A stretch of 64,000 bases of DNA from Pristiophorus japonicus (lineage: Eukaryota). The DNA lies in contig NC_091989.1 of NCBI RefSeq assembly GCF_044704955.1, forward strand, positions 22,010,001 to 22,074,000. The letters are read 5' to 3'. Shown here in pieces: positions 23,070 to 34,620 of the stretch (positions within the stretch are counted from its first letter, which is position 1; each line of letters starts with the position of its first letter). The notes beneath the pieces were generated by a model. That model saw nothing but the letters and a program-made list of their open reading frames with translations, did not search any database and was not told where the DNA came from. Both the position numbers and the translations under genes were made by a program.

Positions 23070-25520
23070 ACCCACCCAAGTATCACGCCAAGTTTCTCAC
23101 TGCTATCTTCTCTGCTTTCCTCTCTTAGCCTCTGCACCATGCAACTTCTCATCCCCGGTGATTTCAACTTCCATCTCAACTCTTCTTGCTCTCTCTCCTC
23201 TGAGTTCACTCCCTTCCTTTCTTCACTAAATCTCTCTCTCCATATAAACTCTCGTACCCATATTCACGGCCACCGCCTCGATCTTGCAATCACACGTGGC
23301 CTTGCTACTCCCATCGTAACTATCATTGATAAGGCAATCTCTGTTCATTTCCTTGTATCGCTCTTCACCCATATTCTCTTTATCTCTCACAACCCCATTT
23401 TTTTCTGTGTCTGCCTATGGAAAAAAACTCTCCTTCAAGTCATTTACCACTGCATTTTCAAATTCCCAACTATCTAGTCTTTGGCCCACAATTCAACATA
23501 TTTCTGCAGTTACCGATCTGCTAAAATCACACCCTCTCCACCACCTTTGATGTCCTTGTCCCAATGAAACCATTACTCTCTTTCACTTTAGTCGTTCCAC
23601 CAGGTATACCCCTCATCTCTGCTCTCTTAAGTTCGAGGGATGCAGATTTGAACATCTATGGCAAACAATTGGTTTAACCATCCACTGCCAGATCTGACTC
23701 GACCACATAAAGCATTATCAGGTCCTGCTCTCCACTGCTAAAACTGCTCACTACTCAAAGATCATCCTGGAATGCAAAAATAGCCCCGAGCTTCTTTCTC
23801 TACCACAAACCGTCTTCTTAAACCATCCTCCCGCGCCTCCTCCGCCCTTACCTCCAACAAGTGCGAGGAGTTCATGGACTTTTTGTCACAAAGATTGAGA
23901 CCATCCGTTCAGCTACCTGTCGCTTCCCTCCCTTCCCCGTATGTTCCCCACTACCCTAGCCCTGAACTCACATCTTTTTTAGATTCTATCCCATCTCCTG
24001 CCTTGCTCTCTCCGAGCTCATCTTGTCCATGAGACTCACTTCCTGCTCCCTCAACCCTATTCCGACCAAACTGTTGATCACCCAACTTCCCTTCCTTGGC
24101 CCCATGTTAGCTGATATTGTTAACGGTTCCCTCTCCTTAGGTAATGTTCCCTTCCCCATCACATCTGCCATCATCAACCCCTCTGTCCTTGCAAACAACT
24201 GCCCCATCTCCAAAGTCTTGTCTTTCCTCTCCCAAGTCTTTGAGCGTGTTGCTACCTCCCAAATCCTTGTCCATCTTTTCTGCAATTCCATGTATGAATC
24301 CCTCCAATCAGGTTTCCCGTCCTGCTACAGTACTAAAAAGGCCCTTATCAAAGTCACAAATTACATTCTATGTGACTGTGACCATGGCAAACTATCCCTC
24401 CTCATCCTTCTCAACCTATCTGCAGCCTTCGACACAGTTAACCACTCCATCCTCCTCCAACGCCTCTCCTCTGATGTCCATTCTGGTGGTTCCATTCTTA
24501 TCTAGCGAATCGTAGCCAGAGAATCACCTGCAATGGCTTCTCTTCCCACTCCTGCATCTTACCTCTGTAGTCCTCAAGGATCTATCCTTGGCCCCCTTCT
24601 ATTTCTCATCTACATACTACCCCTCAGCATTAGCATCCAAAAACACATCAGGTTCCACAACACATGTATGCTGAAGACACTCAGCTCTATCTCATCACCA
24701 TCTCTCTGGACCCCTCCACTGTCTCTGATTTGTCACACTGCTTGTCCAACATCCAATATTGGATGAGCAGAAAATTCCTCCAACTAAATATTGGGAAGAC
24801 TGAAGCCATTGTCTTCAGTCCCCGCCACAAACTCCATTCCATGATCACCGTTTCCATCCCTGGGAACTGTCTGAAGCTGAGCCAGTCCGTTCGCAATCTT
24901 GGTGTTGCGTTTGACCTCGAGATGAGCTTCCGACCACATATTCACTCCATTACCAAGATCACCTACTTCCACCTCCATAACATCACCCGACTCCGACCCT
25001 GCCTCAGCTTATCAGCTGCTAAAACCCTCATCTATATATTTATTACTTCTAGACTTGACTATTCCAACGTACTCCAGGCCAGCCTCCCATCTTCCACCTT
25101 CCATAAACTTGAGCTCATCCAAAACTCGGCTGCCCATATCTTAACTCGCACCAAATTGCATTCACACATTACCAGTCTTCGTTGGCCAACATTGGTTCAT
25201 GGTTAAGCAACACCTCGATTTTAAAATGATCAACCTTGTTTTCAAATCCCTCCATGGCCTCACCCCACCCTATCTTTGTAACTTCCTCCAGCCCCACAAC
25301 CCTCCGAGATCTTTGTACTCCTCCAATTCTGACCTTTGCGAATCACCGATTTTAATTGCTCCATAACTAGCGGCTGTATCTTCAGCTGCCTTGGCCCTAA
25401 GCTCTGTAATTCCCTGCCTACGCCTCTCTACCTCTCTCTCCTCCTTTAAGATGCTTCTTAAAACCTACCTCTTTGACCAAGCTTTGGTCACCTGTCTCAA
25501 TATCTCCTGTGGCTCGGTGG
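23070..25520 (+). mobile_element. L2 LINE ORF2 (APE + RT) and 3' end, degenerate
   Basis: GDFNFH, TH.HGHRLDL, SCSLNPIP, QSGF, LSAAFDTVNH, PQGSILGPLLF, YAEDTQLY, TSRLDYSN, LELIQNSAA. Confidence 0.93.
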
Positions 25521-25544
25521 CAGCTCAGGGCATCCACTCATGCT

Positions 25545-26226
25545 GTAACTCCGCCTCCGTCCCTTCCCTCAAGCGATAACTCAGGCCCTCCTCTTAAGAG
25601 GTAACTCTGCCTATGACCCCTCTCCTCATGTAGTAACTACTACGCTACCGGCTCTCCCCTCAAGTCTGCCTCCAGCCCCTGCCCTCACGCGGTAACTCCA
25701 CCTCTGGGCCCTTCCCTCAGATGGGTAACTCCATCTCTGGCCCCTCCCCAAATGTATTAAATCTGCCTACGCCCCTCCCCTCACACGGTAACTCCGCCTC
25801 TGGGCCCACAGGCAGGTTACTCCGGCACCAGCCCCTCCTCTCACCTATAACTCCGCCGCTGGACCCTCCCCTCACACAGTAACTCCAACTCTGAGCCCTC
25901 CCCTCATGGGTGACTACCTCTGGCCCTTCCACTCACATGGTAACTCCGTTTCCAACCCCTCCCCTCATGCGGTAATTCCGCTAATGGCTGCTCCCCTCTC
26001 GCGGTAGCCCCGGTCCCTTCCCTCACGCGGTAACGCCGCCTCTGGCCTCTGGCCTCCCCCACTCAGGCAATAACCCCACTCCCGCCTCCCCCCTCCGGCA
26101 GTAACACCGGGCCATCTCCTCACGCGGTAACACTGCTTCTGGCCCCCGCACCACTCACTGAGGCGGTAACTCCGCCTCCAGCTCCCCTCCCTTCCGGCGC
26201 TAACGCCGCCTCCGGCCCTGTAACTG
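25545..26226. repeat. Degenerate minisatellite, about 21 units of ~30-33 bp, core GTAACTCCGCCTC
   Basis: GTAAC-type cores at e.g. 25545, 25601, 25633, 25692, 25725, 25788, 25879, 25940, 25971, 26166. Confidence 0.85.
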
Positions 26227-26234
26227 CTGCTTAC

Positions 26235-26290
26235 GCTCTGGAACTTTCTGCGGCTCGCGCTTTGGAATTTGCTCCGAGCAAGCGGCCGTG
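26235..26290 (-). other. Candidate first exon of a divergent minus-strand transcript (start approximate)
   Basis: Minus-strand donor AGC|GTAAGC at 26234-26229, just left of the NRF1 motif. Confidence 0.4.
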
Positions 26291-26399
26291 AACAGCGCAT
26301 GCGCATTACAGAGACCGTTGGGAAGCTGCGGCGGAGGGGCGCTAAGGCGATCCGACACCACGTGACCTGGCGCAATTACTTTAAGGCATTGTTTTTTGC

Positions 26400-26498
26400 G
26401 GGGTTGTTTTTTTAATCTTAAGTTCTACCTTCTGCAAAACTGGCTGGCTCGTTTTCTTGAAGTGAGCGGTGGCTCCAATCTTCCGGGCGCTGTTAGAG
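26400..26498 (+). other. Probable non-coding first exon of the ACOT gene (start approximate)
   Basis: GAG|GTGAGG donor at 26499 inside the CpG island; no ATG in frame. Confidence 0.55.
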
Positions 26499-26704
26499 GT
26501 GAGGAGCCGGGGCCCAGCTCTGCCCGACATGGTCGCTCGGTGAGCCCCGCGGTTTGTCTCCCCTGCAGCTCTAACCAGTGCCTCAGATTGTCGTTCGCCG
26601 CGCCTTCCCTCCCCTCGTATTGCATTCCTGTTACAAATGAGGTAGAAGGGGCAGATTCCCGATACCTTTAAGTTAGGTTAAAAACTGCTGATACCGGAAA
26701 TGAA

Positions 26705-26840
26705 TAACTTGCATTTTCTGCAGCGCCTTATAATCCCAAAGTGCTTTGCAGCCAATTCAACACTTTATGAAGTGTAGTCACTGTTGTCGGGAAGTCTTCA
26801 GTCAGTTTGTGCACAGCAAGGTCCTGTCAGCAATAGATAA
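26705..26840 (-). mobile_element. DeuSINE 3' fragment
   Basis: Reverse complement of the SINE tail. Confidence 0.65.
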
Positions 26841-26954
26841 TAAAGTGTTTGTGAATTCAGCAATTTCAGATCATAACCAATACTCCCACTTTTTTTCGGA
26901 CAGCAGGCACTGGTAATGATTCTGACATTTGCAGCTCTTCTAGACCCATCTTTT

Positions 26955-27238
26955 GTGTCAGCTGTGGCTCAGAGGGAGCACCTTCGCTTCTGAGTCAGAA
27001 GGGTGTGGGTTCAAGTCTCACTCCAGGAACTTGAGCACATTTTTAAAAATCTAGGCTGACATGCCAGTGCAATGCTGAAGAAGTGTTGCACTGCCGGAGG
27101 TGCGATCTTTTGGATGAGATGTTAAAACCAAGGCCCCGTCTGTCCCCTCAGGTGCACGTAAAAGATCTCATGGCACTATTTTGAAGAATGTCAGTGGAGT
27201 TATCCTCAGTGTCCTGTTCAATATGTATTCCTCAATCA
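26955..27238 (+). mobile_element. DeuSINE 5' half
   Basis: GTGTCAGCTGTGGCTCAG...GGGTTCAAGTC head. Confidence 0.85.
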
Positions 27239-27314
27239 GCCTTGATCATATTGAATGGCGCGCAGACTCAAAGTGCCGAATGGCCGCCTACTATTTTCTA
27301 TATTTCTATGTAAG

Positions 27315-30300
27315 AACCATACCCACATCTTCCGCCTCAACACACAGATTACCCTCATGGTCTCTAATAGGCCCCACCCTTTCTTTAGTTATCCTCTTGC
27401 TCTTTATATTTATAGAACATCTTTGGCTTTTCCTTGATTTTAGTTGCCAAGATTTTTCATGCTCTCACTGCATTCCTAATATCCTTTTTAATTTCACCTC
27501 TGAACTTTCTATATTCCTCCAGAGACTCTACAGTATTTAGGTGTCGATATATGACATAAGCTTCCCTTTTTTTCTTTATCCTCCCCTGTAAGTCCCTAGA
27601 CATCCAGGGAGCTCTAGAGTTGTTATTATCACCCTTTTTCTTTAAGGGCACATGCTTGGCCTGAGCCCTTCGGATCTCCTTCTTGAATGCCTCCCACTGT
27701 TCCGATACTGATTTACCTTCAACTAGCTGTTTCCAGTCCACTGTGGCCAAATCACTTCTCAACGTAGCAAAGTTAGCTTTTCCCCAATTTTGGACTTTTA
27801 TTCCTGGCCTATCCTTGTCCTTATCTATAACTTCCTTGAATCTGACTGAATTATGGTCACTAGCACTCAAGTGCTCCCCCACTGATACTCCTTCCATCTG
27901 CTCAGCTTCATTCCCCCAAACTAAATCCAAAACTGCCCCCTCTCTTGTTGGACTTGTTACAAACTGATTAAAAAAGTTCTCTGCATTTTAGGAATGCACC
28001 CTCATAGAAACATAGAAAATATGTGCAGGAGTAGGCCATTCGGCCCTTCGAGCCTGCACCACCATTCAATATGATCATAGCTGATCATTCACCTCAGTAC
28101 CCCTTTCCCGCTTTCTCCATATCCCTTGATCCCTTTGGCCGTAAGGGCCATATCTAACTCCCTCTTGAATATATCCAATGAACTGGCATCAACGACTCTC
28201 TGCGGCAGGGAATTCCACAGGTTAACAACTCTCTCTGAGTGAAGAAGTTTCTCCTTATCTCAGTCCTAAATGGCCTATCCCTTATCCTAAGACTGTGTCC
28301 TATGGTTCTGGACTTCCCCAACATCGGGAACATTCTTCCCGCATCAAACCTGTCCCGTCCCGTCAGAATCTTATACGTTTCTATGAGATCCCCTCTCATC
28401 CTTCTAAACTCCAGTGTATAAAGGCCCAGTTGATCCAGTCTCTCCTCATATGTCAGTCCAGCCATCCCTGGAATCAGTCTGGTGAACCTTCGCTGCACTC
28501 CCTCAATCGCAAGAACGTTCTTCCTCAGATTAGGAGACCAAAACTGAACACAATATTCCAGGTGAGGCCTCACCAAGGCCCTGTACAATTGCAGTAAAAC
28601 CTCCCTGCTCCTATACTCAAATCCCCTAGCTATGAAGGCCAACATGCCATTTGCCTTCTTCACCACCTGCTGTACCTGCATGCCAACTTTCAATGACTGA
28701 TGAACCATGACACTCGGGTCTCGTTGCACCTCCCCTTTTCCTAATCTGCCACCATTCAGATAATATTCTGCCTTCGTGTTTTTGCCACCAAAGTGGATAA
28801 CCTCATATTTATCTACATTATACTGCATCTGCCATGCATTTTCCCACTCACCTAACCTGTCCAAATCACCCTGCAGCCTCTTAGCATCCTCCTCACAGCT
28901 CACACCGCCACCCAGTTTAGTGTCATCTGCAAACTTGGAGATATTACACTCAATTCCTTCATCCAAATCGTTAATGTATATTGTAAAGAGCTATGGTCCC
29001 AGACTGAGCCCTGCGGCACTCCACTAGTCACTGCCTCCCATTCCGAAAAGGACCCGTTTATCCCGACTCTCTGCTTCCTGTCTGCCAACCAATTCTCTAT
29101 CCACGCCAGTACATTACCCCCAATAGCATGTGCTTTGATTTTGCACACCAATCTCTTAATGTTGGACCTTGTCAAAGGCCTTTTGAAAGTCCAAATACAC
29201 CACATTCACTGGTTCTCCCTTGTCCACTCTACTAGTTACATCCTCAAAAAATTCCAGAAGATTTGTCGAGCATGATTTCCCTTTCACAAATCCATGTTGA
29301 CTTGGAGCGATCCTGTCACTGCTTTCCAAATGCGCTGCTATTTCATCTTTAATGATTGATTCCAACATTTTCCCCACGACTGATGTCAGGCTAACCGGTC
29401 TATAATTTCCCATTTTCTCTCTCCTTTTTTAAAAAGTGGTGTTATATTAGCTACCCTCCAGTTCATAGGAACTGATCTAGAGTCGATAGACTGTTGGAAA
29501 ATGATTACCAATGCATCCACTATTTCTAGGGCCACCTCCTTAAGTACTCTTGGATGCAGACAATCAGGCCCCGGGGATTTGTCGGCCTTCAATCCCACCA
29601 ATTTCCCCAACACAATTTCCCGCCTAATAAGGATATCCTTCAGTTCCTCCTTCTCACTCGACCCTCGGTCCCCTAGTACATCCGGAAGGTCATTTGTGTC
29701 TTCCTTCGTGAAGACGGAACCAAAGTATTTGTTCAATTGGTCTGCCATTTCTTCGTTCCCCATTATTAATTCACCTGACTCCGACTGGAAGGGACCTACA
29801 TTTGTCTTCACTAATCTTTTTCTCTTCACATATCTATAGAAGCTTTTGCAGTCAGTTTTTATGTTCCCGGTAAGCTTCCTCTCATACTCTTATTTCCCCC
29901 CTCCTAATTAAACCCTTTGTCCTCCTCTGCTGAATTCTAAATTTCTCCCAGTCCTCAGGTTTGCTGCTTTTTCTGGCCAATTGATATGCCTCTTCCTTGG
30001 ATCTAACACTATCCTTAATTTCCCTTGTTAGCCACAGTTGAGCCACCTTCGCTATTTTATTTTTACTCCAGACAGGGATGTACAACTGTTAAAGTTCATC
30101 CATGTGATCTATAACTGTTTGCCATCGCCTATCCACCGTCGACCCTTTAAGTATCATTTGCCAGTCTATTCTAGCCAATTCACATCTCATGCCGTCGAAG
30201 TTAGCTTTCCTTAAATTTAGGACTCTAGTTTCTGAATTAACTGTGTCACTCTCCATCTTAATAAAGAATTCTACCAAATCATGGTCACTTGCACAACAAG

Positions 30301-30720
30301 ATTGCTAATTAGTCCCTATATTTCACACTATATTTGTCCCAATCAATATTAGGATAGTTGAAATCCCCTACTATTACAACCCTATGGTTTTTGGACTTCT
30401 CAGAAATTTGCCTACATATTTGCTCCTCTGTCTCCCTCCCACTGTTTAGGGGTCTATAATACACACCCAGCAGTGTGATCGGGCCTTTTTAATTTTTCAG
30501 TTCGACCCATATGGCCTCATTTGATGATCCCTCTAACATATCATCCCTCCTCACAGCTGTAATAGTTTCTTTAATCAATACCGCAAACACCACCCCCCCC
30601 CCCCCCCCCACCCCCGGCTTTTTACCTCCCTCTCTGTCCTGTCTAAAAATCCTGTAACCAGGAATATTGAGCTGCCAAACCTGCCCCTCTTTCAGCCATG
30701 TTTCTGTAATGGCTACATAT
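27315..30720 (-). mobile_element. Older CR1 (endonuclease/linker; 27315-28000 and 30320-30720) with nested HER1-type CR1 (28003-30315)
   Basis: ORFs 27457-27930, 28154-28966, 29156-29829 and 29882-30277; catagaaacatagaaa tail at 28003. Confidence 0.9.
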
Positions 30721-30799
30721 TTTTATTTTATTTTCGACATTAGATCATTCACTTATTGAGAAAAAAAATTGCAGACAAAATTTATTTCAGAAAATTTAG

Positions 30800-31005
30800 G
30801 GGAGACTAGAATTAGGGGGCATAATCTTAGAATAAGGGGCTGCCCATTTAAAACTGAGATGAGGAGGAATTTCTTCTCTTGAGGGTTGTAAATCTGTGGA
30901 ATTCGCTGCCTCAGAGAGCTGTGGAAGCCGGGACATTGAATAAATTTAAGACAGAGATAGACAGTTTCTTAATCATTAAGGGGTTATGAAGAGCGGGCAG
31001 GGAAG
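30800..31005 (+). mobile_element. CR1 3' fragment
   Basis: GETRIRGHNLRIRG..FKTEMRRNFFS. Confidence 0.85.
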
Positions 31006-31703
31006 ACTGTTTGAAGAGTAGGCCCTCAAATCTGCCACCAAGCTCATGGTCTACAGGGCTGTAGTAATACCCGCCCTCCTGTGTGGCTTAGAGACATGGA
31101 CAATGTACAGTAGACACTTCAAGTCACTGGAGAAATACCACCAACTATGTCACCGCAAGATCCTGCAAATCCCCTGGGAGGACAGACGCACCAACGTTAG
31201 CGTCCTCGACCAGGCCAACATCCCCAGCATTGAAGCACTGAGCACACTTGATCAGCTCCGCTGGGCAGGCCACATTGTTCGCATGCCAGACACGAGACTC
31301 CTAAAGCAAGCGCTCTACTTGGAACTCTTTCAAGGCAAACGAGCCAAAGGTGGGCAGAGGAAAGGTTACAAGGACACCCTAAAAGCCTCCCTGATAAAGT
31401 GCAACATCCCCACTGACACGTGGGAGTCCCTGGCCAAAGACACCCTAAGTGGAGGAAGTGCATCCGGGAGGGCGCTGAGCACCTTGAGTCTCATCGCCAA
31501 GAGCACGCAGAAATCAAGCGCAGGTAGTGGAAAGAGCGTGCGGCAAACCAGTCCCACCCACCCTTTCCCTCAATGAGTATCTGTCCCACCTGTGACAGGG
31601 ACTGTGGTTCTTGTATTAGACTGTTCAGCCACTTAAGGACTCATTTTTAGAGCGGAAACAAGTCTTCTTCGATTCCAAGGGACTGCCTATGATGATGATG
31701 ATG
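31005..31703 (+). mobile_element. RTE-clade LINE 3' part
   Basis: [37 protein letters not shown]; (GAT)n tail. Confidence 0.93.
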
Positions 31704-31835
31704 TTCTGATGAAATGTCACAGACCTGAAACTAATTCTGATTCTCTCTCCACAGATGCTGCCTGATTTGAATATTTCCAGCCTTTTCTGTTTAGATTTCA
31801 GATTTCCAGCATCTGTAGAATTATGCCTTTTGTAT
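31703..31835 (+). mobile_element. Penelope-type terminal repeat with hammerhead ribozyme core remnant
   Basis: CTGATGA (31706-31712), A, ATGTC-ACA-GACCT stem, GAAA (31727-31730), then CTCTCTCCACAGATGCTGCCTGA...GATTTCCAGCATCTG. Confidence 0.7.
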
Positions 31836-31929
31836 CTATTTTAGTGATGTTGGTTGAGTGATAAATATTGGCCAAGACACCAGGGAGAACACCCCTGCTC
31901 TTCGAATAGTGCTATAGGATCTTTTACAG

Positions 31930-32386
31930 TGTCAGCTGTGGCTCAGTGGGTAGCACTCTCGCCTCTGAGTCAGAAGGTTGTGGGTTCAAGTCCCACAACA
32001 GGGACTTGAGCACACAAAATCTAAGTTGTCACTCCAGAGCAATGCTGAGGGAGCGCTACACTGTCAGATGTGCCGTCTTTCGAATGAGACGAGGCACCAT
32101 CTGCTCTCTCAGGTGGACTTAAAAGATCGCATGGCACTGTTTCAAAGAAGAGCAGGGGAGTTATCCCAGGTGTCCTGCCCAATATTTATCCCTCAATCAA
32201 CATACCAAAAAGCAGATTATCTGGTCATTATCACATTGTCGTTTGTGGGAACTTGCTTGAGCACAAATTGGCTGCCGCGTTTCCCACATTACAACAGTGA
32301 CTACACTCCAAAAGTACTTCATTGGCTGTAAAGCGCTAGGAAATGTTTGGTGGTCTTGAAAAATGCTATATAAATCCAAGTCTTTC
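31930..32386 (+). mobile_element. Full-length tRNA-derived DeuSINE (SacSINE1-like), inserted into a minus-strand copy (31840-31928 and 32400-32430)
   Basis: A box TGGCTCAGTGG, B box GGTTCAAGTCC, central CTGGTCATTATCACATT..TTTGTGGGA..CAAATTGGCTGCC, L2-like tail GCTATATAAAT. Confidence 0.88.
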
Positions 32387-32589
32387 AACTGAGAGATCAA
32401 TTTTAATGTCTTATCTGAAAGACGGCACCTCTTTCCTTTCATATCTTCTCGCTGTTCCCTTGGGGAACGGTGTGAAATAGTGGAAGGATTCGCAGGCTGA
32501 TTAACAGTCTGACGAGCCGTGCCTGAGAGCGGAAGGCGGGGAGCCTGAGTGTGACGGTCCTGGGCCACCGAGAGTGGCAGGCGGGGAGC

Positions 32590-33350
32590 CCAAGAGAGAG
32601 GGTCTGGGGGAGAGAGAGAGCGAGCGGCTGGGGGGAGGGAGAGGGGGGCTGGGGGTGGAGAGAGAGAGAGAGAGAATGGAGGGGAGCTGGGGGAGAGGGA
32701 GAGGAAGAGGAAGAGGGAGAGGGGGGCTGGGGGAGAGCGAGAGAGAGAGGGGGGGGGACTGGGGGGGGGGGGGAGAGAGAGAGGCTGGGGGAGAGAGAGA
32801 GTGAGTGAGAGAGAGAGGGGCTGGGGCTGTGGGGGAGAGAGAGAGGGACTGGGGGAGAGAGAGGGGGGCTGTGGGGGAGAGAGAGAGGGGCTGTGGGGGA
32901 GAGAGAGAGGGGCTGTGGGGGAGAGAGAGAGGGGCTGTGGGGGAGAGAGAGAGGGGCTGGGGTAGAGAGGGAGCGGCTGTGGGAGAGGGAGGGAGAGAGA
33001 GAGAGAGAGAGAGAGAGGCTCGGGAAGAGAGGGAAAGAGGCTGGGGAGGGAGAGAGGGGCTGAGGGGGCGAGAGAGAGGTTGGGGAAGAGATAGAGAGAG
33101 AGGGGCTGTGGGGGAGAGAGAGAGGGGCTGCGGGGTAGAGAGAGAGGGGCTGGGGTAGAGAGGGAGGGGCTGTGGGAGAGGGAGGGAGAGAGAGAGAGAG
33201 AGAAGCTGGGGGAGAGAGAGAGGCTGGGGCGCGGGGGGAAGAGAGGTTGGGGAGAGAGGGCAAGAGAGGCTGGGAGAGGAGGGGGAGTGAGAGAGGCTGG
33301 GGAGAAAGAGATACGGGTGGGGGGGTGGGGAGAGAGGCACGGGTTGGGGG
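32590..33350. repeat. G/A-rich polypurine low-complexity tract with ~22-bp unit GGGGGAGAGAGAGAGGGGCTGT
   Basis: Direct inspection; explains the Ser/Pro/Leu- and Gly/Glu/Arg-rich ORFs in the track. Confidence 0.95.
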
Positions 33351-33457
33351 AAGACCGTTCACATTCTTCCAACCACCTACAAGGGACATTGTTGGAGTGG
33401 ATGATATCCAGAAGTGAAAACATTGTCACTATTTGGTTCAGGGGCAGGGGAAGACTG

Positions 33458-33603
33458 AGGGAGGATGTACTTGCGCTGGATTATGGCACTTCGGCAGGGG
33501 AAGAGATGCATTTTGTCTGTGGGAGGGATGTACTTGTACTGGGGTAAGGCACTTCGGCTGGGGGAGGGATGTGCTTGGACTGGGGTAAGGCACTTTGGCT
33601 GGC
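33458..33603. repeat. Short degenerate tandem repeat (GGGAGGGATGTRCTTGKACTGGGGTAAGGCACTTYGGCTGG, about 3 copies)
   Basis: Direct inspection. Confidence 0.7.
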
Positions 33604-33924
33604 CCTTGCAGTCTTCTGGGGAGCTCTGTCCTCTGTCGCTTCAAGAAGTCAAAGTGGATCAAGTTACAATTTGCAAATTCAATGAGACCTTGGGGTGGGC
33701 GGTTCCAGTTACACATTCCTGTGAAATTTCAGGATGTGGCTTATCCTCCAAGGGGACCAATCAGAAACATGTTGGCCATTTTTGCAGTACAAATAAGCAC
33801 GTCCAATCTTTGTACCAGTGGTGTGAGAGGAGGGATTGTGATGCATTTCCTGCATATGAACGAGAAAGTGTCGGAGGTAGAGCACCTGTAAATACGAGTG
33901 GTGGAAAAATGAATTTGGGTATAA

Positions 33925-34090
33925 GGAATGGTCCCTCTGGAAAGCGGAGAGAGGAGGGGAAGATGTGTTTGGGATGGTGGAAATGGCAAAAGTTGATTTG
34001 GTGAATGAGGAAGCTGGTGGATGGATGGTGAGGATCAGGGGGATTTTGTCACAGTTGTAAGAGGAGGGGGAAAGAGTCGGGGCAGGTGCA
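33925..34090 (-). mobile_element. Probable Penelope-like element coding remnant
   Basis: Resembles the PLVLT.HP..L...HFRH...T.HIFP linker of Penelope ORFs on the minus strand; recognised by eye only. Confidence 0.45.
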
Positions 34091-34099
34091 GATAGGCGG

Positions 34100-34620
34100 C
34101 ATTGTAGGCAGTGTAGATGAAAGCAAAAAATTTCAAAGGGATATCAACAGATTAAGTGAATGGGCAAAACTGTGGCAAATAGGTAAGGTGAGGTCATCCA
34201 CTTTGGACCTAAAAGGATAGAACAGGATACTTTCTAAATGGTGAAAAGCTAAAAACAGTTGAGACCCAAAGTGACTTGGGGTTGAGGGTGGGTGGCGGGT
34301 GCGTCCAGGTACGTAGATCATCAAAATATCATGAACATGTACAGAAAATAATCAAAAAGGCTAATGGTATGCTGGCCTTTATATCTAAAGGCCTATAATA
34401 GAAGAGGTAGAAGTTATGCTGCAGCTGTACAAAACCTTGGTTAGACCACACCTGGAGTACTGTGAGCAGTTCTGGGCACCACACCTTGAGGGAGTGCAGT
34501 GTAGGTTTAACAGAATGGTACCCGGACTCCAAGGGTTAAGTTACGAGGGGTGATTACACAAATTAGGGTTGTATTCTCTTGAGTTTAGAAGGTTAAGGGG
34601 TGATCTGATCGAAGTTTTCA
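34100..34620 (+). mobile_element. Degenerate CR1 fragment
   Basis: [30 protein letters not shown]. Confidence 0.85.

Larger units (their letters stand above)
25950..26620. promoter_or_regulatory. CpG-island-type promoter, probably bidirectional
   Basis: CpG-dense non-TE sequence; NRF1-type palindrome GCGCATGCGC at 26295-26304; USF/CLEAR-type CCACGTGAC at 26358-26366; splice donors facing outward on both strands (26499 on +, 26234 on -). Confidence 0.7.

Noticed and set aside
25545-26226. Regularly spaced repeat resembling a CRISPR array
   Set aside because: Vertebrate context, degenerate cores, spacers similar to each other, no cas genes: a minisatellite.
25965-26671. ORFs across the CpG island (136, 91, 66 aa)
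   Set aside because: Expected in GC-rich stop-poor DNA; they cross the promoter motifs and splice donors and show no domain signature.
31930-32000. tRNA-like A/B boxes (also 20420, 26955, 62880)
   Set aside because: SINE heads continuing into SINE body; no complete cloverleaf.
32197-33429. Long Ser/Pro/Leu-rich ORFs (410, 316, 279 aa) resembling extensins or mucins
   Set aside because: By-product of the G/A tract, which lacks stops in several frames; no splice or homology support.
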